From Eledone cirrhosa (Eukaryota), in NCBI GenBank assembly GCA_964016885.1, contig CAXHJY010000928.1, forward strand, positions 434,001-498,000: a DNA stretch of 64,000 nt, written 5' to 3'. Positions 36,601 through 51,600 of this stretch are shown here, one piece after another; the stretch's first letter is position 1; every line of letters starts with the position of its first letter. The translations under genes were made by a program, and so were the position numbers. The notes below the pieces were generated by a model. It was not told where the DNA came from and made no database searches. It was given only the letters and a program-made list of their open reading frames with translations.

Positions 36601-39600
36601 GTCATCATTGTATTAGTGGTGTTATGAGAGAGACATGAGACAACACTTACTACACTGTCATCGTTGTGTTAGTGATGTTATGAGAGACACAAGAGACAAC
36701 ACTTACTACACTGTCATCATTGTGTTAGTGATGTTTTGAGAGACACAAGAGACTACACTGGCATCATCGTGTTAGTGATATGAGAGACACAAGAGACAAC
36801 ACTTACTACACTGTCATCATTGTGTTAGTGATGTTATGAGAGAGACATGAGACAACACTTACTACACTGTCATCATTGTGTTAGTGATGTTATGAGAGAG
36901 ACATGAGACAACACTTACTACACTGTCATCATTGTGATAGTGATGTTATGAGAGAGACACGAGACAACACTTACTACACTGTCATCATTGTGTTAGTGAT
37001 GTTATGAGAGAGACATGAGACTACACTTACTACACTGTCATCATTGTTAGTGATGTTATGAGAGACACAAGAGACAACACTTACTACACTGTCATCATTG
37101 TGTTAGTGATGTTATGAGAGAGACATGAGACTACACTTACTACACTGTCATCATTGTGTTAGTGATGTTATGAGAGACACAAGAGACAACACTTACTACA
37201 CTGTCATCATTGTGTTAGTGATGTTATGAGAGAGACATGAGACAACACTTACTACACTGTCATCATTGTATTAGTGATGTTATGAGAGACAAGAGACAAC
37301 ACTTACTACACTGTCATCATTGTGTTAGTGATGTTATGAGAGACACAAGAGACAACACTTACTACGCTGTCATCATTGTGTTAGTGATGTTATGAGAGAG
37401 ACATGAGACTACACTTACTACACTGTCATCATTGTGTTAGTGATGTTATGAGAGAGACATGAGACAACACTTACTACACTGTCATCATTGTGTTAGTGAT
37501 GTTATGAGAGACACAAGAGACAACACTTACTACGCTGTCATCATTGTGTTAGTGATGTTATGAGAGAGACATGAGACTACACTTACTACACTGTCATCAT
37601 TGTGTTAGTGATGTTATGAGAGACACAAAAGACAACACTTACTACGCTGTCATCATTGTGTTAGTGATGTTATGAGAGAGACATGAGACTACACTGTCAT
37701 CATTGTGTTAGTGATGTTATGAGAGACACAAGAGACAACACTTACTACGCTGTCATCATTGTATTAGTGGTGTTATGAGAGAGACATGAGACAACACTTA
37801 CTACACTGTCATCATCGTGTTAGTGATATGAGAGACACAAGAGACAACACTTACTACACTGTCATCATTGTGTTAGTGATGATTTGAGAGAGACATGAGA
37901 CAACACTTACTACACTGTCATCATTGTGTTAGCGATGTTATAAGAGAGACATGAGACAACACTTACTACACTGTCATCATTGTGTTAGTGATGTTATGAG
38001 AGAGACATGAGACAACACTTACTACACTGTCATCATTGTGTTAGTGATGTTATGAGAGACACAAGAGACAACACTTACTACACTGTCATCATTGTATTAG
38101 TGGTGTTATGAGAGAGACATGAGACAACACTTACTACACTGTCATCATTGTGTTAGTGATGTTATGAGAGAGACATGAGACAACACTTAATACACTGTCA
38201 TCATTGTGTTAGTGATGTTATGAGAGACACAAGAGACAACACTTACTACACTGTCAGCATTGTGTTAGTGATGTTTTGAGAGACATGAGACACTTACTAC
38301 ACTGTCATCATTGTGTTAGTGATGTTATAAGAGAGACATGAGACAACACTTACTACACTGTCATCATTGTGTAGTGATGTTATGAGAGACACAAGAGACA
38401 ACACTTACTACACTGTCATCATTGTGTTACTGATGTTATGAGAGAGACATGAGACAACACTTACTACACTGTCATCATTGTGTTAGCGATGTTATGACAG
38501 AGACATGAGACAACACTTACTACACTGTTATCATTGTGTTAGTGATGTTATGAGAGAGACATGAGACAACACTTACTACACTGTCATCATTGTGTTAGTG
38601 ATGTTATGAGAGAGACAAGAGACAACGCTTACTACACTGTCATCATTGTTAGTGATGTTATGAGAGACATGAGACTACACTTACTACACTGTCATCATTG
38701 TGTTAGTGATATTATGAGAGACACAAGAGACAACACTTACTACGCTGTCATCATTGTGTTAGTGATGTTATGAGAGAGACATGAGACAACACTTACTACA
38801 CTGTCATCATTGTATTAGTGATGTTATGAGAGAGACAAGAGACAACACTTACTACACTGTCATCATTGTGTTAGTGTTGTTATGAGAGAGATGTTGAGAC
38901 AGCACTTACTACACTGTCATCATTGTATTAGTGGTGTTATGAGAGAGACATGAGACAACACTTACTACACTGTCATCATTGTGTTAGTGATGTTATGAGA
39001 GACACAAGAGACAACACTTACTACACTGTCATCATTGTGTTAGTGATGTTTTGAGAGACACAAGAGACAACACTTACTACACTGTCATCATCGTGTTAGT
39101 GATATGAGAGACACAAGAGACAACACTTACTACACTGTCATCATTGTGTTAGTGATGTTATGAGAGAGACATGAGACAACACTTACTACACTGTCATCAT
39201 TGTGTTAGTGATGTTATGAGAGAGACATGAGACAACACTTACTACACTGTCATCATTGTGATAGTGATGTTATGAGAGAGACACGAGACAACACTTACTA
39301 CACTGTCATCATTGTGTTAGTGATGTTATGAGAGAGACATGAGACTACACTTACTACACTGTCATCATTGTTAGTGATGTTATGAGAGACACAAGAGACA
39401 GCACTTACTACACTGTCATCATTGTGTTAGTGATGTTATGAGAGAGACATGAGACTACACTTACTACACTGTCATCATTGTGTTAGTGATGTTATGAGAG
39501 ACACAAGAGACAACACTTACTACACTGTCATCATTGTGTTAGTGATGTTATGAGAGAGACATGAGACAACACTTACTACACTGTCATCATTGTATTAGTG

Positions 39601-42600
39601 ATGTTATGAGAGACAAGAGACAACACTTATTACACTGTCATCATTGTGTTAGTGATGTTATGAGAGACACAAGAGACAACACTTACTACGCTGTCATCAT
39701 TGTGTTAGTGATGTTATGAGAGAGACATGAGACTACACTTACTACACTGTCATCATTGTGTTAGTGATGTTATGAGAGAGACATGAGACAACACTTACTA
39801 CACTGTCATCATTGTGTTAGTGATGTTATGAGAGACACAAGAGACAACACTTACTACGCTGTCATCATTGTGTTAGTGATGTTATGAGAGAGACATGAGA
39901 CTACACTGTCATCATTGTGTTAGTGATGTTATGAGAGACACAAAAGACAACACTTACTACGCTGTCATCATTGTGTTAGTGATGTTATGAGAGAGACATG
40001 AGACAACACTTACTACACTGTCATCATCGTGTTAGTGATATGAGAGACACAAGAGACAACACTTACTACACTGTCATCATTGTGTTAGTGATGTTTTGAG
40101 AGAGACATGAGACAACACTTACTACACTGTCATCATTGTGTTAGCGATGTTATAAGAGAGACATGAGACAACACTTACTACACTGTCATCATTGTGTTAG
40201 TGATGTTATGAGAGAGACATGAGACAACACTTACTACACTGTCATCATTGTGTTAGTGATGTTATGAGAGAGACATGAGACAACACTTACTACACTGTCA
40301 TCATTGTATTAGTGATGTTATGAGAGAGACAAGAGACAACACTTACTCCACTGTCATCATTGTGTTAGTGTTGTTATGAGAGAGATGTTGAGACAGCACT
40401 TACTACACTGTCATCATTGTATTAGTGGTGTTATGAGAGAGACATGAGACAACACTTACTACACTGTCATCATTGTGTTAGTGATGTTATGAGAGAGACA
40501 TGAGTCAACACTTACTACACTGTCATCATTGTGTTAGTGATGTTATGAGAGACACAAGAGACAACACTTACTACACTGTCATCATTGTTAGTGATGTTAT
40601 GAGAGACACAAGAGACAACACTTACTACACTGTCATCATTGTGTTAGTGATGTTATGAGAGAGACATGAGACAACACTTACTACACTGTCATCATTGTGT
40701 TAGTGATGTTATGAGATAGACATGAGGCAACACTTACTACACTGTCATCATTGTGTTAGTGATGTTATGAGAGAGACATGAGACAACACTTACTACACTG
40801 TCATCATTGTATTAGTGGTGTTATGAGAGAGGTTGAGACAGCACTTACTACACTGTTAGCATTGTGTTAGTGATGTTATGAGAGACACAAGAGACAACAC
40901 TTACTACACTGTCATCATTGTGTTAGTGATGTTTTGAGAGACACAAGAGACAACACTTACTACGCTGTCATCATTGTGTTAGTGATCTTATGAGAGAGAC
41001 ATGAGACAACACTTACTACACTGTCATCATTGTGTTAGTGATGTTATGAGAGAGACATGAGACAACACTTACTACACTGTCATCATTGTGATAGTGATGT
41101 TATGAGAGAGACACGAGACAACACTTACTACACTGTCATCATTGTGTTAGTGATGTTATGAGAGAGACATGAGACTACACTTACTACACTGTCATCATTG
41201 TTAGTGATGTTATGAGAGACACAAGAGACAACACTTACTACACTGTCATCATTGTGTTAGTGATGTTATGAGAGAGACATGAGACTACACTTACTACACA
41301 GTCATCATTGTGTTAGTGATGTTATGAGAGACACAAGAGACAACACTTACTACACTGTCATCATTGTGTTAGTGATGTTATGAGAGAGATGTTGAGACAG
41401 CACTTACTACACTGTCATTGTATTAGTGGTGTTATGAGAGAGACATGAGACAACACTTACTACACTGTCATCATTGTATTAGTGGTGTTATGGGAGAGAC
41501 AAGAGACAACACTTATACACTGTCATCATTGTTAGTGATGTTATGAGAGACACAAGAGACAACACTTACTACACTGTCATCATTGTGATAGTGATGTTAT
41601 GAGAGAGACACGAGACAACACTTACTACACTGTCATCATTGTGTTAGTGATGTTATGAGAGAGACATGAGACTACACTTACTACACTGTCATCATTGTGA
41701 TAGTGATGTTATGAGAGAGACACGAGACAACACTTACTACACTGTCATCATTGTGTTAGTGATGTTATGAGAGAGACATGAGACTACACTTACTACACTG
41801 TCATCATTGTTAGTGATGTTATGAGAGACACAAGAGACAACACTTACTACACTGTCATCATTGTGTTAGTGATGTTATGAGAGAGACATGAGACAACACT
41901 TACTACACTGTCATCATTGTATTAGTGGTGTTATGAGAGAGACATGAGACAACACTTACTACACTGTCATCATTGTGTTAGTGATGTTATGAGAGAGACA
42001 TGAGACAACACTTACTACACTGTCATCATTGTATTAGTGATGTTATGGGAGAGACAACACCTACTACACTGTCATCATTGTTAGTGATGTTATGAGAGAC
42101 ACAAGAGACAACACTTACTACACTGTCATCATTGCGTTAGTGATGTTATGAGAGAGATGTTGAGACAGCACTTACTACACTGTCATCATTGTATTAGTGG
42201 TGTTATGAGAGAGACATGAGACAACACTTACTACACTGTCATCATTGTGTTAGTGATGTTATGAGAGAGACATGAGTCAACACTTACTACACTGTCATCA
42301 TTGTGTTAGTGATGTTATGAGAGACACAAGAGACAACACTTACTACACTGTCATCATTGTGTTACTGATGTTATGAGAGAGACATGAGACTACACTTACT
42401 ACACTGTCATCATTGTGTAGTGATGTTATGAGAGACACAAGAGACAACACTTACTACACTGTCATCATTGTGTTACTGATGTTATGAGAGAGACATGAGA
42501 CTACACTTACTACACTGTCATCATTGTGTTAGTGATGTTATGAGAGACACAAAAGACAACACTTACTACGCTGTCATCATTGTGTTAGTGATGTTATGAG

Positions 42601-45600
42601 AGAGACATGAGACTACACTGTCATCATTGTGTTAGTGATGTTATGAGAGACACAAGAGACAACACTTACTACGCTGTCATCATTGTATTAGTGGTGTTAT
42701 GAGAGAGACATGAGACAACACTTACTACACTGTCATCATCGTGTTAGTGATATGAGAGACACAAGAGACAACACTTACTACACTGTCATCATTGTGTTAG
42801 TGATGTTTTGAGAGAGACATGAGACAACACTTACTACACTGTCATCATTGTGTTAGCGATGTTATAAGAGAGACATGAGACAACACTTACTACACTGTCA
42901 TCATTGTGTTAGTGATGTTATGAGAGAGACATGAGACAACACTTACTACACTGTCATCATTGTGTTAGTGATGTTATGAGAGAGACATGAGACAACACTT
43001 ACTACACTGTCATCATTGTATTAGTGATGTTATGAGAGAGACAAGAGACAACACTTACTCCACTGTCATCATTGTGTTAGTGTTGTTATGAGAGAGATGT
43101 TGAGACAGCACTTACTACACTGTCATCATTGTATTAGTGGTGTTATGAGAGAGACATGAGACAACACTTACTACACTGTCATCATTGTGTTAGTGATGTT
43201 ATGAGAGAGACATGAGTCAACACTTACTACACTGTCATCATTGTGTTAGTGATGTTATGAGAGACACAAGAGACAACACTTACTACACTGTCATCATTGT
43301 TAGTGATGTTATGAGAGACACAAGAGACAACACTTACTACACTGTCATCATTGTGTTAGTGATGTTATGAGAGAGACATGAGACAACACTTACTACACTG
43401 TCATCATTGTGTTAGTGATGTTATGAGATAGACATGAGGCAACACTTACTACACTGTCATCATTGTGTTAGTGATGTTATGAGAGAGACATGAGACAACA
43501 CTTACTACACTGTCATCATTGTATTAGTGGTGTTATGAGAGAGGTTGAGACAGCACTTACTACACTGTTAGCATTGTGTTAATGATGTTATGAGAGACAC
43601 AAGAGACAACACTTACTACACTGTCATCATTGTGTTAGTGATGTTTTGAGAGACACAAGAGACAACACTTACTACGCTGTCATCATTGTGTTAGTGATGT
43701 TATGAGAGAGACATGAGACAACACTTACTACACTGTCATCATTGTGTTAGTGATGTTATGAGAGAGACATGAGACAACACTTACTACACTGTCATCATTG
43801 TGATAGTGATGTTATGAGAGAGACACGAGACAACACTTACTACACTGTCATCATTGTGTTAGTGATGTTATGAGAGAGACATGAGACTACACTTACTACA
43901 CTGTCATCATTGTTAGTGATGTTATGAGAGACACAAGAGACAACACTTACTACACTGTCATCATTGTGTTAGTGATGTTATGAGAGAGACATGAGACTAC
44001 ACTTACTACACAGTCATCATTGTGTTAGTGATGTTATGAGAGACACAAGAGACAACACTTACTACACTGTCATCATTGTGTTAGTGATGTTATGAGAGAG
44101 ATGTTGAGACAGCACTTACTACACTGTCATTGTATTAGTGGTGTTATGAGAGAGACATGAGACAACACTTACTACACTGTCATCATTGTATTAGTGGTGT
44201 TATGGGAGAGACAAGAGACAACACTTATACACTGTCATCATTGTTAGTGATGTTATGAGAGACACAAGAGACAACACTTACTACACTGTCATCATTGTGA
44301 TAGTGATGTTATGAGAGAGACACGAGACAACACTTACTACACTGTCATCATTGTGTTAGTGATGTTATGAGAGAGACATGAGACTACACTTACTACACTG
44401 TCATCATTGTGATAGTGATGTTATGAGAGAGACACGAGACAACACTTACTACACTGTCATCATTGTGTTAGTGATGTTATGAGAGAGACATGAGACTACA
44501 CTTACTACACTGTCATCATTGTTAGTGATGTTATGAGAGACACAAGAGACAACACTTACTACACTGTCATCATTGTGTTAGTGATGTTATGAGAGAGACA
44601 TGAGACTACACTTACTACACAGTCATCATTGTGTTAGTGATGTTATGAGAGACACAAGAGACAACACTTACTACACTGTCATCATTGTGTTAGTGATGTT
44701 ATGAGAGAGATGTTGAGACAGCACTTACTACACTGTCATTGTATTAGTGGTGTTATGAGAGAGACATGAGACAACACTTACTACACTGTCATCATTGTAT
44801 TAGTGGTGTTATGAGAGAGACATGAGACAACACTTACTACACTGTCATCATTGTGTTAGTGATGTTATGAGAGAGACATGAGACAACACTTACTACACTG
44901 TCATCATTGTATTAGTGATGTTATGGGAGAGACAAGAGACAACACCTACTACACTGTCATCATTGTTAGTGATGTTATGAGAGACACAAGAGACAACACT
45001 TACTACACTGTCATCATTGTGTTAGTGATGTTATGAGAGAGACATGAGACAACACTTACTACACTGTCATCATTGTGTTAGTGATGTTATGAGAGAGACA
45101 TGAGACAACACTTAATACACTGTCATCATTGTGTTAGTGATGTTATGAGAGACACAAGAGACAACACTTACTACACTGACAGCATTGTGTTAGTGATGTT
45201 TTGAGAGACATGAGACACTTACTACACTGTCATCATTGTGTTAGCGATGTTATAAGAGAGACATGAGACAACACTTACTACACTGTCATCATTGTGTAGT
45301 GATGTTATGAGAGACACAAGAGACAACACTTACTACACTGTCATCATTGTGTTACTGATGTTATGAGAGAGACATGAGACACACTTACTACACTGTCATC
45401 ATTGTGTTAGTGATGTTATGAGAGAGACATGAGACAACACTTACTACACTGTCATCATTGTGTTAGTGATGTTATGAGAGAGACATGAGACAACACTTAC
45501 TACAGTGTCATCATTGTGATAGTGATGTTATGAGAGAGACACGAGACAACACTTACTACACTGTCATCATTGTGTTAGTGATGTTATGAGAGAGACATGA

Positions 45601-48600
45601 GACTACACTTACTACACTGTCATCATTGTTAGTGATGTTATGAGAGACACAAGAGACTACACTGTCATCATTGTGTTAGTGATGTTATGAGAGAGACATG
45701 AGACTACACTTACTACACTGTCATCATTGTGTTAGTGATGTTATGAGAGACACAAGAGACAACACTTACTACACTGTCATCATTGTGTTAGTGATGTTAT
45801 GAGAGAGATGTTGAGACAGCACTTACTACACTGTCATTGTATTAGTGGTGTTATGAGAGGGACATGAGACAACACTTACTACACTGTCATCATTGTATTA
45901 GTGGTGTTATGAGAGAGACATGAGACAACACTTACTACACTGTCATCATTGTGTTAGTGATGTTATGAGAGAGACATGAGACAACACTTACTACACTGTC
46001 ATCATTGTATTAGTGATGTTATGAGAGAGACAAGAGACAACACTTACTACACTGTCATCATTGTTAGTGATGTTATGAGAGACACAAGAGACAACACTTA
46101 CTACACTGTCATCATTGTGTTAGTGATGTTATGAGAGAGACATGAGACAACACTTACTACACTGTCATCATTGTGTTAGTGATGTTATGAGAGAGACATG
46201 AGACAACACTTACTACACTGTCATCATTGTATTAGTGATGTTATGAGAGAGACAAGAGACAACACTTACTACACTGTCATCATTGTTAGTGATGTTATGA
46301 GAGACACAAGAGACAACACTTACTACACTGTCATCATTGTGTTAGTGATGTTATGAGAGAGACATGAGACAACACTTACTACACTGTCATCATTGTGTTA
46401 GTGATGTTATGAGAGAGACATGAGACAACACTTACTACACTGTCATCATTGTATTAGTGATGTTATGAGAGACAAGAGACAACACTTACTACACTGTCAT
46501 CATTGTGTTAGTGATGTTATGAGAGACACAAGAGACAACACTTACTACGCTGTCATCATTGTGTTAGTGATGTTATTAGAGAGACATGAGACTACACTTA
46601 CTACACTGTTATCATTGTGTTAGTGATGTTATGAGAGAGACATGAGACAACACTTACTACACTGTCATCATTGTGTTAGTGATGTTATGAGAGACACAAG
46701 AGACAACACTTACTACGCTGTCATCATTGTGTTAGTGATGTTATGAGAGAGACATGAGACTACACTTACTACACTGTCATCATTGTGTTAGTGATGTTAT
46801 GAGAGACACAAGAGACAACACTTACTACGCTGTCATCATTGTGTTAGTGATGTTATGAGAGAGACATGAGACTACACTGTCATCATTGTGTTAGTGATGT
46901 TATGAGAGACACAAGAGACAACACTTACTACGCTGTCATCATTGTATTAGTGGTGTTATGAGAGAGACATGAGACAACACTTACTACACTGTCATCATCG
47001 TGTTAGTGATATGAGAGACACAAGAGACAACACTTACTACACTGTCATCATTGTGTTAGTGATGTTTTGAGAGAGACATGAGACAACACTTACTACACTG
47101 TCATCATTGTGTTAGCGATGTTATAAGAGAGACATGAGACAACACTTACTACACTGTCATCATTGTGTTAGTGATGTTATGAGAGAGACATGAGACAACA
47201 CTTACTACACTGTCATCATTGTGTTAGTGATGTTATGAGAGACACAAGAGACAACACTTACTACACTGTCATCATTGTATTAGTGGTGTTATGAGAGAGA
47301 CATGAGACAACACTTACTACACTGTCATCATCGTGTTAGTGATATGAGAGACACAAGAGACAACACTTACTACACTGTCATCATTGTGTTAGTGATGTTT
47401 TGAGAGAGACATGAGACAACACTTACTACACTGTCATCATTGTGTTAGCGATGTTATAAGAGAGACATGAGACAACACTTACTACACTGTCATCATTGTG
47501 TTAGTGATGTTATGAGAGAGACATGAGACAACACTTACTACACTGTCATCATTGTGTTAGTGATGTTATGAGAGAGACATGAGACAACACTTACTACACT
47601 GTCATCATTGTATTAGTGATGTTATGAGAGAGACAAGAGACAACACTTACTCCACTGTCATCATTGTGTTAGTGTTGTTATGAGAGAGATGTTGAGACAG
47701 CACTTACTACACTGTCATCATTGTATTAGTGGTGTTATGAGAGAGACATGAGACAACACTTACTACACTGTCATCATTGTGTTAGTGATGTTATGAGAGA
47801 GACATGAGTCAACACTTACTACACTGTCATCATTGTGTTAGTGATGTTATGAGAGACACAAGAGACAACACTTACTACACTGTCATCATTGTTAGTGATG
47901 TTATGAGAGACACAAGAGACAACACTTACTACACTGTCATCATTGTGTTAGTGATGTTATGAGATAGACATGAGGCAACACTTACTACACTGTCATCATT
48001 GTGTTAGTGATGTTATGAGAGAGACATGAGACAACACTTACTACACTGTCATCATTGTATTAGTGGTGTTATGAGAGAGGTTGAGACAGCACTTACTACA
48101 CTGTTAGCATTGTGTTAGTGATGTTATGAGAGACACAAGAGACAACACTTACTACACTGTCATCATTGTGTTAGTGATGTTTTGAGAGACACAAGAGACA
48201 ACACTTACTACACTGTCATCATTGTGATAGTGATGTTATGAGAGAGACATGAGACAACACTTACTACACTGTCATCATTGTGTTAGTGATGTTATGAGAG
48301 AGACATGAGACAACACTTACTACACTGTCATCATTGTGATAGTGATGTTATGAGAGAGACACGAGACAACACTTACTACACTGTCATCATTGTGTTAGTG
48401 ATGTTATGAGAGAGACATGAGACTACACTTACTACACTGTCATCATTGTTAGTGATGTTATGAGAGACACAAGAGACAACACTTACTACACTGTCATCAT
48501 TGTGTTAGTGATGTTATGAGAGAGACATGAGACTACACTTACTACACAGTCATCATTGTGTTAGTGATGTTATGAGAGACACAAGAGACAACACTTACTA

Positions 48601-51600
48601 CACTGTCATCATTGTGTTAGTGATGTTATGAGAGAGATGTTGAGACAGCACTTACTACACTGTCATTGTATTAGTGGTGTTATGAGAGAGACATGAGACA
48701 ACACTTACTACACTGTCATCATTGTATTAGTGGTGTTATGAGAGAGACATGAGACAACACTTACTACACTGTCATCATTGTGTTAGTGATGTTATGAGAG
48801 AGACATGAGACAACACTTACTACACTGTCATCATTGTATTAGTGATGTTATGGGAGAGACAAGAGACAACACTTACTACACTGTCATCATTGTTAGTGAT
48901 GTTATGAGAGACACAAGAGACAACACTTACTACACTGTCATCATTGTGTTAGTGATGTTATGAGAGAGACATGAGACAACACTTACTACACTGTCATCAT
49001 TGTGTTAGTGATGTTATGAGAGAGACATGAGACAACACTTAATACACTGTCATCATTGTGTTAGTGATGTTATGAGAGACACAAGAGACAACACTTACTA
49101 CACTGTCAGCATTGTGTTAGTGATGTTTTGAGAGACATGAGACACTTACTACACTGTCATCATTGTGTTAGCGATGTTATAAGAGAGACATGAGACAACA
49201 CTTACTACACTGTCATCATTGTGTAGTGATGTTATGAGAGACACAAGAGACAACATTTACTACACTGTCATCATTGTGTTACTGATGTTATGAGAGAGAC
49301 ATGAGACAACACTTACTACACTGTCATCATTGTGTTAGCGATGTTATGACAGAGACATGAGACAACACTTACTACACTGTTATCATTGTGTTAGTGATGT
49401 TATGAGAGAGACATGAGACAACACTTACTACACTGTCATCATTGTGTTAGTGATGTTATGAGAGAGACAAGAGACAACGCTTACTACACTGTCATCATTG
49501 TTAGTGATGTTATGAGAGACATGAGACTACACTTACTACACTGTCATCATTGTGTTAGTGATATTATGAGAGACACAAGAGACAACACTTACTACGCTGT
49601 CATCATTGTGTTAGTGATGTTATGAGAGAGACATGAGACAACACTTACTACACTGTCATCATTGTATTAGTGATGATATGAGAGAGACAAGAGACAACAC
49701 TTACTACACTGTCATCATTGTGTTAGTGTTGTTATGAGAGAGATGTTGAGACAGCACTTACTACACTGTCATCATTGTATTAGTGGTGTTATGAGAGAGA
49801 CATGAGACAACACTTACTACACTGTCATCATTGTGTTAGTGATGTTATGAGAGACACAAGAGACAACACTTACTACACTGTCATCATTGTGTTAGTGATG
49901 TTTTGAGAGACACAAGAGACAACACTTACTACAGTGTCATCATTGTGTTAGTGATGTTATGAGAGAGACATGAGACAACACTTACTACACTGTCATCATT
50001 GTGTTAGTGATGTTATGAGAGAGACATGAGACAACACTTACTACACTGTCATCATTGTGATAGTGATGTTATGAGAGAGACACGAGACAACACTTACTAC
50101 ACTGTCATCATTGTGTTAGTGATGTTATGAGAGAGACATGAGACTACACTTACTACACTGTCACCATTGTTAGTGATGTTATGAGAGACACAAGAGACAA
50201 CACTTACTACACTGTCATCATTGTGTTAGTGATGTTATGAGAGAGACATGAGACTACACTTACTACACTGTCATCATTGTGTTAGTGATGTTATGAGAGA
50301 CACAAGAGACAACACTTACTACACTGTCATCATTGTGTTAGTGATGTTATGAGAGAGATGTTGAGACAGCACTTACTACACTGTCATTGTATTAGTGGTG
50401 TTATGAGAGGGACATGAGACAACACTTACTACACTGTCATCATTGTATTAGTGGTGTTATGAGAGAGACATGAGACAACACTTACTACACTGTCATCATT
50501 GTGTTAGTGATGTTATGAGAGAGACATGAGACAACACTTACTACACTGTCATCATTGTATTAGTGATGTTATGAGAGAGACAAGAGACAACACTTACTAC
50601 ACTGTCATCATTGTTAGTGATGTTATGAGAGACACAAGAGACAACACTTACTACACTGTCATCATTGTGTTAGTGATGTTATGAGAGAGACATGAGACAA
50701 CACTTACTACACTGTCATCATTGTGTTAGTGATGTTATGAGAGAGACATGAGACAACACTTACTACACTGTCATCATTGTATTAGTGATGTTATGAGAGA
50801 CAAGAGACAACACTTACTACACTGTCATCATTGTGTTAGTGATGTTATGAGAGACACAAGAGACAACACTTACTACGCTGTCATCATTGTGTTAGTGATG
50901 TTATGAGAGAGACATGAGACAACACTTACTACACTGTCATCATTGTGATAGTGATGTTATGAGAGAGACACGAGACAACACTTACTACACTGTCATCATT
51001 GTGTTAGTGATGTTATGAGAGAGACATGAGACTACACTTACTACACTGTCATCATTGTTAGTGATGTTATGAGAGACACAAGAGACAACACTTACTACAC
51101 TGTCATCATTGTGTTAGTGATGTTATGAGAGAGACATGAGACTACACTTACTACACAGTCATCATTGTGTTAGTGATGTTATGAGAGACACAAGAGACAA
51201 CACTTACTACACTGTCATCATTGTGTTAGTGATGTTATGAGAGAGATGTTGAGACAGCACTTACTACACTGTCATTGTATTAGTGGTGTTATGAGAGAGA
51301 CATGAGACAACACTTACTACACTGTCATCATTGTATTAGTGGTGTTATGAGAGAGACATGAGACAACACTTACTACACTGTCATCATTGTGTTAGTGATG
51401 TTATGAGAGAGACATGAGACAACACTTACTACACTGTCATCATTGTATTAGTGATGTTATGGGAGAGACAAGAGACAACACTTACTACACTGTCATCATT
51501 GTTAGTGATGTTATGAGAGACACAAGAGACAACACTTACTACACTGTCATCATTGTGTTAGTGATGTTATGAGAGAGACATGAGACAACACTTACTACAC